In this document: piece by piece, positions 19,864-29,362 of the stretch
Layout: each line of letters begins with the position of its first letter
Position numbering within the stretch: the stretch's first letter is position 1
Origin: an uncultured Chloroflexia bacterium
GTDB lineage: Bacteria; Chloroflexota; Limnocylindria; Limnocylindrales; CSP1-4
Length of the DNA stretch: 64,000 nucleotides
Reading direction: 5' to 3'
Assembly (NCBI GenBank): GCA_963828165.1
Contig: CAWHDR010000001.1
Span: forward strand, 928,001-992,000
Notes under the pieces: generated by a model
Database searches by the model: none
The model's input: only the letters and a program-made list of their open reading frames with translations
What the model was told of the DNA's origin: nothing
Made by a program: the position numbers and the translations under genes

Positions 19864-20808
19864 TTGTGGAGTGACCGTCCGGCCGGACACCTGCCGCCCA
19901 TCGAGATCGAGCCGCCGATCGACGTCCGACAGCTGCGGTACTTTCTTGCGCTTGCCGAGGAGCTCAATTTCACTCGTGCCGCGGCGAGGCTCCACATCGC
20001 GCAGCAAGCACTCAGTTCGTCGATCAGAAACCTTGAACAGACGCTCGGTGTAGTTCTCTTCGCTCGCAGCACGCGGCACGTCTCGTTGACGAGCGCTGGG
20101 GAAGTGCTCGTTCCGGCCGCCCAACGGATCCTCGCCGATTTGGCCGACGCGCTTCATGCAGTGGAGCAGGCGGCCGCTGGTCGTCAAGGGCGGCTAGTCG
20201 TCGGCGTCGCGATCGCGGTCCACGGGACTCACCTGGTTCGCGAAGCCATCCGGCGGTTTGGCGAGCAGTCGCCGGGCGTGGACCTCCAGATCGTCGGGTA
20301 CGACCATTCCGATCCGTCAGCCGGGCTGGCGAGTGGGTCGAGCCAGGCAAGCTTCGTGCTGGCTCCACTCACGGTCGACGGACACGAGTCGGTGACGGTG
20401 CTCCGGGAGACGCGTCATGTGATGCTCCCGGCGGAACATCCCCTCGCGAAGCGTGACCAGCTGCACGCTCGCGACCTGTCTGGCATGCCCTGGCTTCGTG
20501 TGCCGGCCCCCGACAGCCCGTGGACCCGATTCTGGTTCCAGCATCCCCTCGGTGAGCCCTCGAGCGGACCGGAGGTCCACTCGGGCGTGGACTGGGTTCC
20601 CGCTGTCGCGTCCGGGCGTGCGGTTGGCTTTAGCCTGCCGACGCTGGTTGGGGATTATCTTCCGCCTGACATCGTGACCGTGCCTGTCGTCGACATCGAG
20701 CCGGGTTCTGTCCTGCTGGCGTGGCCGAGCAGCACCGCCGAGGAAGTCGTCCACATGTTCGTTTCGACGGTTCGTGAGGCTCTCGTCGAAATGGCGGCCG
20801 TCGAGTAG
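19864..20808 (+). CDS. LysR family transcriptional regulator
   Basis: QLRYFLALAEELNFTRAAARLHIAQQALSSSIRNLE HTH; operator-like palindrome overlaps its start (19851-19869). Confidence 0.93.
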   Translation: MWSDRPAGHLPPIEIEPPIDVRQLRYFLALAEELNFTRAAARLHIAQQALSSSIRNLEQTLGVVLFARSTRHVSLTSAGEVLVPAAQRILADLADALHAVEQAAAGRQGRLVVGVAIAVHGTHLVREAIRRFGEQSPGVDLQIVGYDHSDPSAGLASGSSQASFVLAPLTVDGHESVTVLRETRHVMLPAEHPLAKRDQLHARDLSGMPWLRVPAPDSPWTRFWFQHPLGEPSSGPEVHSGVDWVPAVASGRAVGFSLPTLVGDYLPPDIVTVPVVDIEPGSVLLAWPSSTAEEVVHMFVSTVREALVEMAAVE

Positions 20809-20983
20809 GCGACGGCCAGATCCACATCCGCCGGTTGTGGGTTGCGCAGGAACCTGTGTTTCTCATCGGCTGCGGACCCCTGCAGGATGGGGGTCGGCGA
20901 GGCGTGGGCTAAGGGACTGCCCAAGCCGTATCGCCGGCGATCTCGGAGGAACGCGAGACGTTGTCTACCACCCTGGAGACGGC

Positions 20984-22639
20984 ATGCAGCGGATGAGCCA
21001 CCACCCAAGCGACGAAACCGGACAGTTCTCGACGGACGTCTCGGGCCTGCCTCAGGCGGAGCCGACCCCGATCGTCGACCTGCCCAACGGCGGTCAGTTC
21101 GACCTGCGCATCGCGCCCGTTGCGCAGAGCATCGGAGGCAACGTGGTCCGGAGACTCGCCTACAACGGATCGGTGCCGGGTCCCACGCTGCGCGTGAAGC
21201 AAGGATCGGAAACCGTCGCCCACGTAAAGAATGACGGCGACGTCGATGCGACCGTCCACTGGCACGGCCTGCGCCTCGAGAATCGGTACGACGGCGTCCC
21301 GCACGAGACACAGAAGCCGATCCCGGTCGGCGGGAGCTTCACGTACCGAGTTCGCTTCCCCGACGAAGGGCTCTACTGGTACCACCCGCACTTCCGCGAG
21401 GACTACGCGCAGGACATGGGGCTGTACGGGAACATCGTCGTGGAGCCCAGAGATCCGAACTACTGGCCACCGGTCGACCGCGATCTCGTGCTCGCGGTCG
21501 ACGATGTGCTCCTCCAGGGCGGGCTGGTCGCCGCGTACGACCGATCGGGACCCGACCACGTCGCCATGGGCCGGTTCGGCAACGTCCTTCTCGTGAACGG
21601 GCGGTCCGACTGGGAGTTCGACGTCAGGCGCGACGAGGTGGTCCGCTTCTACCTGACGAACACGGCGAACACGCGCGTCTTCAACCTCGCGATCGCGGGC
21701 GCCCGGATGAAGCTCGTCGGAGGCGACGGGGGCCGCTATGAACGGGAGACCCTCATCGAGGAGGTGCTGATCGCGCCCTCAGAGCGCGCGGTGATCGACG
21801 TCTTGTTCGACCGGCCCGGAGCGGCGACACTGGAACACCGCACTCCGGAGCGAACGTACTCGCTCGGGCGGATCGCCGTCCTGGAGGACGCGGTCGACTC
21901 GAAGGCGGCGGGGGAATTCCCGACGCTGCGGCGAAGTCCGGAACTCGAAGCCGAGCGAACCGCGATCTCGGTCGACCTCGAGCGGGAACCCGACAAGATC
22001 CTGGCTCTCGTCGCCGCGATGACGATGACCGCGCCATCCTCCGAGTCCGATTCGGCCGATACGGCGTTCGCCTGCCCGATGCATCCGGACGTTGTGAGCG
22101 CCGACTCAGGTCGGTGTCCCAAGTGCGGGATGAAGCTCCTCCCGATCTCGATGACGGCGAGCGAACTCGTCGTAGCACCTGATTCGATGGACCACCACCA
22201 GCACGGTCGCGCCTCCAGTGGCTCCCAAGCGGCCGACAGCATCGAGTGGGAAGACACGATGGAGGACATCAACCGGCAGTCGAACCCGGGCAACATGCGA
22301 TGGATGCTCTTGGATCGCGAGACCGGCAACGTCAACGCCGCCATCGACTGGTCGTTCCGCGTCGGCGATCGGGTGAAGATCCGGCTGGTGAACGAGATGG
22401 ATTCGGATCACCCGATGCACCATCCATTCCACATCCACGGTGCGGGCCGGTTCCTCGTCCTGGCGCGGGCTGGAGAGGTCGAAGCCAACCTCGTCTGGAA
22501 GGACACGGTGCTGGTCCGGACCGGCGAAGTCGTCGACATTCTCTTGGACGTTTCGAACCCTGGCCTGTGGATGGCTCACTGCCACATCGCCGAACACGCC
22601 GAGGGCGGGATGATGTTCAGTTTCCGGGTCGCGAGATGA
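20984..22639 (+). CDS. Multicopper oxidase with an inserted heavy-metal-binding domain
   Basis: HWHG, WYHPH, HPFHIHG, HCHIAEHAEGGM; insert CPMHP...CPKCGM. Confidence 0.92.
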   Translation: MQRMSHHPSDETGQFSTDVSGLPQAEPTPIVDLPNGGQFDLRIAPVAQSIGGNVVRRLAYNGSVPGPTLRVKQGSETVAHVKNDGDVDATVHWHGLRLENRYDGVPHETQKPIPVGGSFTYRVRFPDEGLYWYHPHFREDYAQDMGLYGNIVVEPRDPNYWPPVDRDLVLAVDDVLLQGGLVAAYDRSGPDHVAMGRFGNVLLVNGRSDWEFDVRRDEVVRFYLTNTANTRVFNLAIAGARMKLVGGDGGRYERETLIEEVLIAPSERAVIDVLFDRPGAATLEHRTPERTYSLGRIAVLEDAVDSKAAGEFPTLRRSPELEAERTAISVDLEREPDKILALVAAMTMTAPSSESDSADTAFACPMHPDVVSADSGRCPKCGMKLLPISMTASELVVAPDSMDHHQHGRASSGSQAADSIEWEDTMEDINRQSNPGNMRWMLLDRETGNVNAAIDWSFRVGDRVKIRLVNEMDSDHPMHHPFHIHGAGRFLVLARAGEVEANLVWKDTVLVRTGEVVDILLDVSNPGLWMAHCHIAEHAEGGMMFSFRVAR

Positions 22640-22803
22640 TCAGCCGCACGGCGCGGAAGACCTCACAGCCATGATCCACCGGCGCGATCGATAGCCGACG
22701 TTCACAAGCGGCCTGTCGTCCACGAGGCGTCCCGACGCCCCGTAGTCCCTGCTTGTCGCCCCCACAGGGGCAAGCAGTTTGAGCGAGTTCATCGGAGGTG
22801 ATC

Positions 22804-23388
22804 GTGTCAGCATCAGTGCTCTACATGTCAATGTCCCTCGACGGATACATCGCCGGTCCGAACGACGGACCGGACAACCCCGGCGGCGACGGCTTCGACC
22901 GGCTGCACGAGTGGATGTTCATACCGGGCACATATGACGTCCCGCTGTCCGGCCCGGGCCGGGACCTGTTCGACGAGATGGACGCGACCGTCGGTGCCCT
23001 GCTGGCGGGTCGGCGTACTGTGGAGCAGGTCGATCATTGGGGCGGAGACAATCACGGCTGGCCGATCTTCGTGCCGAGCCACCGGCCGCCGGGTCCATCC
23101 GTGGCGAACTATCCCTTGGTGACGTATGTGGCCGACGGGATCGAGAGCGCGATGGCGCAGGCGAAGGCTGCAGCCGGAGATAGAGTCGTCCTCGTGCACG
23201 GTGCGTACACGGCACAGCGCGCGCTTCAGGCCGGCGTCCTGGATGAGTTGCAGATTCATCAGATTCCCGTGCTGCTCGGTGGTGGTCGTCGATTGTTCGA
23301 TGTCTTGCCGTCGCGCGTCGAGTTGGACGTCGTTCGGGTCATCGACACCCCTAAGGCAACCCACATCCGCTACCGCGTCCGCCGCTGA
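22804..23388 (+). CDS. RibD C-terminal/DHFR-like protein
   Basis: MSMSLDGYIAGP, AGVLDELQIHQIPVLLGGG; GGAGGTG RBS. Confidence 0.88.
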   Translation: MSASVLYMSMSLDGYIAGPNDGPDNPGGDGFDRLHEWMFIPGTYDVPLSGPGRDLFDEMDATVGALLAGRRTVEQVDHWGGDNHGWPIFVPSHRPPGPSVANYPLVTYVADGIESAMAQAKAAAGDRVVLVHGAYTAQRALQAGVLDELQIHQIPVLLGGGRRLFDVLPSRVELDVVRVIDTPKATHIRYRVRR

Positions 23389-23467
23389 GCCGGATCTCGA
23401 GGGTCGAAGTCGAGGCGCGTGCCCAAGCGGCTCGCGGTGTCCGGCGGTGGCCTCTCGCCGCTTCACC

Positions 23468-23490
23468 ATCCACATGTGCCGCTTGTGGAT
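23468..23490. promoter_or_regulatory. LysR-type operator upstream of the small ORF-VOC-monooxygenase unit
   Basis: ATCCACA-N9-TGTGGAT, near-identical to the 16094 block. Confidence 0.65.
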
Positions 23491-23613
23491 CCAGCCGAAG
23501 CAGGTGTTTCACAGCCGCACAGTTCGACTGCAACATCAGGGTCCTGATCCTGGAGGTGGCGCATCTAGGGCGCCTGCCGGACGACCACGGCCGCTGGCCA
23601 CCCTCGGCTGACC

Positions 23614-23865
23614 ATGAACGGAGTCACGACCATGCATCTCCTCTTCTACGACCTCGTCATCGCATCCGAGCGCGAGCACTCGAGCAAATGCGAATACGAC
23701 CGGTTCGCGGCCCTCGCCGCCCTGCGGGAAGGTGACCGTTCGTGGGTCCGGCACAAGCTCGCGGTGGCGCTGGCGGGCGTGAGCCGTGCCAGCGCGGCGG
23801 GCGTGCGCTGGCTCGATGCCTGCCTCGCCGACGACCTGGTGGCACACATCGCGGCGAACCGCTGA
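23614..23865 (+). CDS. Small hypothetical protein
   Basis: 77-83 aa ORF between the operator and the VOC gene. Confidence 0.5.
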   Translation: MNGVTTMHLLFYDLVIASEREHSSKCEYDRFAALAALREGDRSWVRHKLAVALAGVSRASAAGVRWLDACLADDLVAHIAANR

Positions 23866-23929
23866 ACCGGCCCGCGCGTGACATGTGCACCCGTAGGCGC
23901 AGCGAACACTCGCAGCCACGGAGGACCTC

Positions 23930-24316
23930 ATGAAGATCACCGCGTCAGCGCTGTCACTCAACGTCGCCGACGAGCGGGCGTCCGCGCAGTTCGCCCGTGA
24001 CTACCTCGGATTCGTCGAGGAGATGGCCGATGACGGATTCGTCTCGCTGTCCAGACCGGACGCTGGCTTCAACCTCATCTTTCTGCGCACAGGGCTGAAG
24101 ACCTTCAAGCCGGACCACCTGCGCGGCCACGCCGCGGACGGCCTGTTGGTGGTCTTCGTCGTTGACGACGTCGACGCCGAGTTCGCCCGGCTGCAAGCCG
24201 CGGGCGTTCCCATCACGACACCGATCGAGACCGAACCGTGGGGTGAGCGCTACTTCCAGATGAGCGACCCGAATGGGGTTGTGATCCAGCTGGTGAAGTG
24301 GATGACCCGAGCATGA
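23930..24316 (+). CDS. VOC/glyoxalase family protein
   Basis: VFVVDDVDAEFARL, EPWGERYFQMSDPNG; GGAGG RBS. Confidence 0.9.
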   Translation: MKITASALSLNVADERASAQFARDYLGFVEEMADDGFVSLSRPDAGFNLIFLRTGLKTFKPDHLRGHAADGLLVVFVVDDVDAEFARLQAAGVPITTPIETEPWGERYFQMSDPNGVVIQLVKWMTRA

Positions 24317-25773
24317 CCGAGCATGCAGTGGTTATCGCCGGCGGCGGCCCGACCGGGATGATGCTCGGAGCCGAGTTGACGCTCGCAGGCGTCGACGTCG
24401 TCATCGTTGAGCGGCGCGTGGACAAGGTTCGCATCCAGCCCGGTGCGCTCGGCCTTCATGCACGCACGATCGAGGTGTTCGACCAGCGCGGCATCGCCGA
24501 CCGCTTCCTCGCCGAAGGCAAGGCCATGCAGGTGATGGGGTTTGCCGGCGTGCATTTCGACATCAGCGCGTTCCCGAGCCGCCATCCCTATGGCCTTGCA
24601 CTGATCCAGAAGCACAGCGAGCGGATCCTTCTCAACTGGGCCGAGGAGCTCGGCGTCCCGTTCCTTCGTGGCGTCGAGGTGACGGGATTCGCCGAAGACG
24701 CCTCCGGCATCCACGTCGCGCTCAGCGACGGCCGGTCCTTGCGGGCACACTACCTCGTGGGCTGCGACGGCGGCCGCAGCCTTGTCCGCAAGGCGGCCGG
24801 CATCGCGTTCCCGGGCTCGGATCCGACGCTGAGCCATCTCCTCGCCGAGGCTGAGCTCACAGGCGAGCCGGAGTGGGGCCTCCGTACCGACGAGATCGGC
24901 ACCCACGCGCTCAGCAAAACAGAAGACGGCAAGGTCGGGATATTGGTGACCGAACGCGGCGTCGGCACCGTAGAGCCCACGCTCGACGATCTGCGCGAGG
25001 CGCTGATCGCCCACTACGGGTCGGACTACGGCGTCCGCAACCCGAGCTTCATCACGCGGTTCACCGATTCTACCCGGCAGGCCGAAACCTACCGCAAGGG
25101 CAGGGTACTGCTCGCCGGCGACTCGGCTCACATCCACTACCCGGCCGGTGGGTTCGGCATGAATCTCGGCATCCAGGATGCAGTCAACCTCGGGTGGAAG
25201 CTCGCGGAGGTGGTCAAAGGAACCGCGCCCGAGGCGCTGCTCGACACATATCACGCCGAGCGGCATCCGGTCGCCGCTAGTCTCATCCGCTACCCCATGG
25301 CGACTGTTGCCCTCGGCCGCCACGACGACCGCACGAAAGCACTGAACTCGATCGTCACCGAACTCGTGAACATGGACGAAGCGCGGAAGACCATCGCCGG
25401 CCAGATGTCGGGCCTCGCCATCCACTACGACCTCGGCGACGGGCACCCATTGCTCGGGCGCCGGATGCCCGATCTCGAGCTCGGTACCCCCGGTGGTCCG
25501 CTGCGGGTCTTCGACCTGCTCCACGATGCCCGGCCGGTGCTGCTCAACCTCGGGGATTCCAGCGCCATCGACATCACGGCTTGGGCCAATCGGGTTCGGC
25601 TGGTCGACGCCACATCTGAAGGCCCATGGGAGCTTCCGGTCCTTGGTCCTGTTCCTGCTCCGGCGGCCGTGTTGATCCGGCCCGACGGATATGTCGCCTG
25701 GGTGGGGGACGAGACCCAGCCGGGGCCCGCTGGCGCGCTTACCACCTGGTTCGGACCGCCTACGGCGGCGTAG
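24313..25773 (+). CDS. FAD-dependent aromatic monooxygenase (group A; Rox/PgaE-like)
   Basis: GGGPTG, GCDGGRS, LAGDSAHIH.PAGGFGMNLGIQDA, LIRPDGYVAW. Confidence 0.9.
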   Translation: MTEHAVVIAGGGPTGMMLGAELTLAGVDVVIVERRVDKVRIQPGALGLHARTIEVFDQRGIADRFLAEGKAMQVMGFAGVHFDISAFPSRHPYGLALIQKHSERILLNWAEELGVPFLRGVEVTGFAEDASGIHVALSDGRSLRAHYLVGCDGGRSLVRKAAGIAFPGSDPTLSHLLAEAELTGEPEWGLRTDEIGTHALSKTEDGKVGILVTERGVGTVEPTLDDLREALIAHYGSDYGVRNPSFITRFTDSTRQAETYRKGRVLLAGDSAHIHYPAGGFGMNLGIQDAVNLGWKLAEVVKGTAPEALLDTYHAERHPVAASLIRYPMATVALGRHDDRTKALNSIVTELVNMDEARKTIAGQMSGLAIHYDLGDGHPLLGRRMPDLELGTPGGPLRVFDLLHDARPVLLNLGDSSAIDITAWANRVRLVDATSEGPWELPVLGPVPAPAAVLIRPDGYVAWVGDETQPGPAGALTTWFGPPTAA

Positions 25774-25871
25774 AGGACCGGATTCCAAGATGGGTCGGCG
25801 GCTCGGTGCTGCTCAACATCCTGTGTGTCCGAGGTCTTCGACGATGGAACAAGCCGATCACCGGCGAGCTA

Positions 25872-25956
25872 AACATGTGACATGAGTGTCCCGGCGAGCG
25901 TGACATGCTCATGTACCCCTCACACCGGTGTGAGGGGTACGTCACGATGTCATGTC
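25872..25956. repeat. Long imperfect hairpin; copy 1 of a ~55-bp direct repeat
   Basis: Perfect 28-bp palindrome GTACCCCTCACACCGGTGTGAGGGGTAC (25913-25940), extended by CGTGAC/GTCACG and GACATGA/TCATGTC. Confidence 0.8.
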
Positions 25957-25958
25957 TG

Positions 25959-26390
25959 TCAGGGCGCGTCGTCGACTTGCAGGTCCATAGGCCATGGATC
26001 AGCGTCACACACCACGAACGCGCCGTCGGCGTTCAGGGCGGGGCTGTTGGGGTCACCATCCGAGAGCACGATAATGCGCGTTCCGGTGGTACCGCGAACG
26101 CTACCTGTGGCGTCCAGGACCTCGAATTGCCCACCGTCTGTCGCACGGATCTCCCAGCCGTCGGGCACGTCGAGCGGCACGGGGTCGGAGGGAAGGTTGT
26201 GCTGAATGCTCCTGAAGACCGGCCGCCCGTTCTCGGCAACAAGGTTGCCGTGGAACTGTTCCAGCGAGCATCCCACGACGTCATCGTGAGCGCTACGTAC
26301 CGTCTGCGAACACGCGACGAGCGCGAGGGACAGCACGAAACCGACGGCATTGGCAACGACCGCGCGGTGGGATGCGGTGAGGGTGCGCAT
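25959..26390 (-). CDS. Small hypothetical lipoprotein
   Basis: Hydrophobic signal with LVAC lipobox; lies between the two repeat copies. Confidence 0.65.
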   Translation of the reverse strand: MRTLTASHRAVVANAVGFVLSLALVACSQTVRSAHDDVVGCSLEQFHGNLVAENGRPVFRSIQHNLPSDPVPLDVPDGWEIRATDGGQFEVLDATGSVRGTTGTRIIVLSDGDPNSPALNADGAFVVCDADPWPMDLQVDDAP

Positions 26391-26501
26391 GGCGCGATCA
26401 TCCCTTCCAACATCGGCGGCGGCAAACGTCTCTCGGCCCGACTGGAGTGCGATCGCGACCACTACCTCGACCAACCGCGTATGACGCATAGGGCCGAGTA
26501 G

Positions 26502-26562
26502 AACACTTGACACGCCTGTCCCGCGAGCGTGACATGCTCGTGAACCCCTGACACCGGGGGTT
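26502..26562. repeat. Copy 2 of the ~55-bp direct repeat
   Basis: TGTCCC-GCGAGCGTGACATGCTCgTGaACCCCTgACACCGG matches 25887-25928; lies just past the paaJ stop. Confidence 0.75.
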
Positions 26563-26570
26563 GGCGGTGC

Positions 26571-27801
26571 CTACTCCTCGATGCGTTCCACGATCGTCGC
26601 GATGCCCTGGCCGACGCCGATGCACATCGTGGCGAGGCCGTAGCGACCACCGGTTCGCCGCAGCTCGTGCGTGAGCATCGTGATCAGGCGGCCGCCGCTC
26701 ATCCCCAGCGGATGTCCGAGCGCGATCGCGCCACCATTCGGGTTCACCGTGGCCGGGTCGAGCCGCAGCTCGTCGATGACCGCGATCGACTGCGACGCGA
26801 AGGCCTCGTTCAGCTCGACGACGTCGAGGTCGTCGATGCCGATCCCGGCGCGCTCGAGCGCCTTGCGCGTGGCGGGCACCGGGCCGATGCCCATCACCGC
26901 CGGGTCCACGCCGGCGACGGCGGTCGACACGACCCGGGCGAGCGGCTTGAGACCCAACTCGCGGGCCCGCTTCGCCTCCACGAGCAGGACCGCCGAAGCG
27001 CCGTCGTTGATCCCGGAGCTGTTGCCGGCCGTGACCGACCCGCCGTCCTGCTTGAACGCCGGTCGGAGCTTCGCCAGCGCTTCGGCGGACGTGTCGGCGC
27101 GGGGATGCTCGTCGCGCGCGACGGTCGTCGTCTCGCCCTTGCGCCCGGCGACCTCGACCGGGACGATCTGGCCGTCGAACCTGCCGCGCCTCGATCGCCG
27201 CGACGGCGCGACGCTGGCTCTCGAGCGCGAAGGCGTCCTGGCGCTCGCGGTCGACGCCGTAGCGCTCCGCGACGTTCTCCGCCGTCTCGCCCATCGAGTA
27301 CGGGTAGTACATCTCGGCGAGCTTGGGATTGAGAAAGCGCCAGCCGAGCGTCGTGTCCTCGACCTCGCGTGGCCCGCGGTCCCACGCGTTCGCGGGCTTG
27401 GCCATGACGTACGGGGCCCGCGTCATCGATTCCACGCCGCCGCCGATGAACACGTCGCCGTCCCCCACGGCGATGGCGTGGGCGGCCGAGTTGACTGCCT
27501 GCAGGCCCGACCCGCACAGCCGGTTGACGGTCAACCCACCGACCTCGACCGGGAAGCCGGCCAGCAGGACCGCCATCCGGGCGACGTCGCGGTTGTCCTC
27601 GCCCGCCTGGTTCGCGCAGCCAAGGATCACGTCCTCGACCAAGGAGGCGTCGATGCCGGCGCGGTCCACGACGGCCCGAAGCACGAGCGCAGCGAGGTCG
27701 TCCGGCCGGACGCTCGCGAGCGCCCCGCCGTAGCGGCCGATCGGGGTACGGACCGCCTCGACGATCCAGGCGTCGCGGAGGGTTCGGTTCGAGTCAGGCA
27801 C
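26571..27801 (-). CDS. paaJ: 3-oxoadipyl-CoA/acetyl-CoA thiolase with one frameshift near 27186
   Basis: [35 protein letters not shown]; removing one base restores [14 protein letters not shown]. Confidence 0.85.
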
Positions 27802-27948
27802 GCACGGATTGTAGGCGGCGACCGGCCGGGCGGGCCGAGACGAGCCCGAGCACGTGCGCTACGGCAGTTTCGAGAGCGCTTCGCCCACGAGCGTCTCGTC
27901 GGCCGCAGCGACCGTGAAGGACACATCGCCGGCGCCGTCCGTGATGGG

Positions 27949-29070
27949 TCAGCCGGAGGCGGTCATTCGCTCGAACGGGCCCATCGGGTGCGCGGCGCCG
28001 AGTCGGAGCGCGAGGTCGATGTCGGATTCGGTCGCGACGCCGTCGGCGAGGGCGCGCTGCGCCTCGGCGTCGATCGCCCGGAGGATCCGCGAGGTGATCT
28101 CCGCCGGGGGTAGCTCAGTGGCCGGCCGTTCAGCAACCCGGAATTCGGGGGCGATCGAGTCGCGACGGCCCTCCGTGTAGGTGTAGAACCCGACGCCGCT
28201 CTTGCGGCCCAGGTGCTCCGCGGCCGCCAGTCGTTCCTGGATCTCCGACGGCCGCAGGTGCTCGGGCCGACCCAGGCCCTCCCACACGCCCCGTGCGGCA
28301 GCGAGCGTCACGTCGATGCCGGTGAGGTCCATGAGCTCGAACGGACCGAGCGGGAATCCGGCCGCGCGCATCGCCTCGTCGATGCTCTCGACGGATGCGA
28401 CTCCCGACTCGAGGATGCGCAGCGCCTCGATCGTGAACGGGCGGTTCACCCGGTTGACGACGAACCCCGGCGAATCCGTGCAACGAACGGGGGTCTTGTC
28501 CCAGGTCCTGACGATCTCCTCTGCGCGCGCGACGACCTCGCGGGCGGTCAGCGCCCCGGGCACGACCTCCACGAGGGCCATGCGGGGCACCGGGTTGAAG
28601 AAATGCAACCCGAGGACCCGTGCGGGCGTGGCGGTCGCCGCGGCGATCGCCTCGATCGACAGCGCGCTGGTGTTGGTCGCCAGGATCGTGTCACTCCGGG
28701 CACCCGCGTCGAGCGCTCGGAAGATCTCCTGCTTCAGACCAAGGTCCTCGAGGGCCGCCTCGACGACGAGCTCCGCCTCGGCCGCGACCGCGTCCAGCGT
28801 CCGAGCATCGCGCAATCGTTCGAGGCGGCCTGCCGCCCACGCGTCGATCGAGTCCGGATCCAGGTCGAGCGGCGCGGCGCGGCGCTCGAGCCCACGCTGG
28901 ATGCCGGCCCGAGCACGCGCGATGGCGGAGGGATCGACGTCGTGAAGGACGACTTCGGAGCCCGCCTCGAGCGCGACCTGTGCGATGCCGGCACCCATGG
29001 CGCCCGCGCCGACGACCCCGATGATCGGGAGCGCGCGCGGCTGGAGGTCGGGCGTGGATGAGCCGGTCAC
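27949..29070 (-). CDS. paaH: 3-hydroxyacyl-CoA dehydrogenase
   Basis: GAGAMGAGIA, ATNTSAL, GLHFFNP, PGFVVNR, GPFELMD. Confidence 0.88.
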   Translation of the reverse strand: MTGSSTPDLQPRALPIIGVVGAGAMGAGIAQVALEAGSEVVLHDVDPSAIARARAGIQRGLERRAAPLDLDPDSIDAWAAGRLERLRDARTLDAVAAEAELVVEAALEDLGLKQEIFRALDAGARSDTILATNTSALSIEAIAAATATPARVLGLHFFNPVPRMALVEVVPGALTAREVVARAEEIVRTWDKTPVRCTDSPGFVVNRVNRPFTIEALRILESGVASVESIDEAMRAAGFPLGPFELMDLTGIDVTLAAARGVWEGLGRPEHLRPSEIQERLAAAEHLGRKSGVGFYTYTEGRRDSIAPEFRVAERPATELPPAEITSRILRAIDAEAQRALADGVATESDIDLALRLGAAHPMGPFERMTASG

Positions 29071-29113
29071 GAGCGGAGCATAGGCGTCCGCGTGGAAGGT
29101 TCGGGGCGGCCGA

Positions 29114-29257
29114 CTAGCGGCGGCGGACCGTTCGCGTCGCGACGACCGGCACCGGGGACGGCGCCGGCGTTCGGAAGGCCTCGATCAGGGCGCGCAACAC
29201 GGCCCACAGGACACGCTCGCGGCCCTCGGCAGGGGCACTCGATCGCTGGCTGTTCAT
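29114..29257 (-). CDS. Putative 47-aa small protein (absent from the ORF track)
   Basis: MNSQRSSAPAEGRERVLWAVLRALIEAFRTPAPSPVPVVATRTVRRR; GGAGG RBS upstream. Confidence 0.5.
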   Translation of the reverse strand: MNSQRSSAPAEGRERVLWAVLRALIEAFRTPAPSPVPVVATRTVRRR

Positions 29258-29362
29258 GCACATCCTCCACGTGCGGGCGTCAGGTATGCGCCTTGGTTCG
29301 GGTGGTGCGCATCGTCAACCGGGGTGCGCATATCGAATCGGCGTAACAGCGTCGAAAGCCGT

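Noticed and set aside
24313-25773. Calling the monooxygenase rox (rifampin resistance)
   Set aside because: Family motifs only; specificity cannot be assigned without an alignment, and I recognised no rifamycin-associated element upstream
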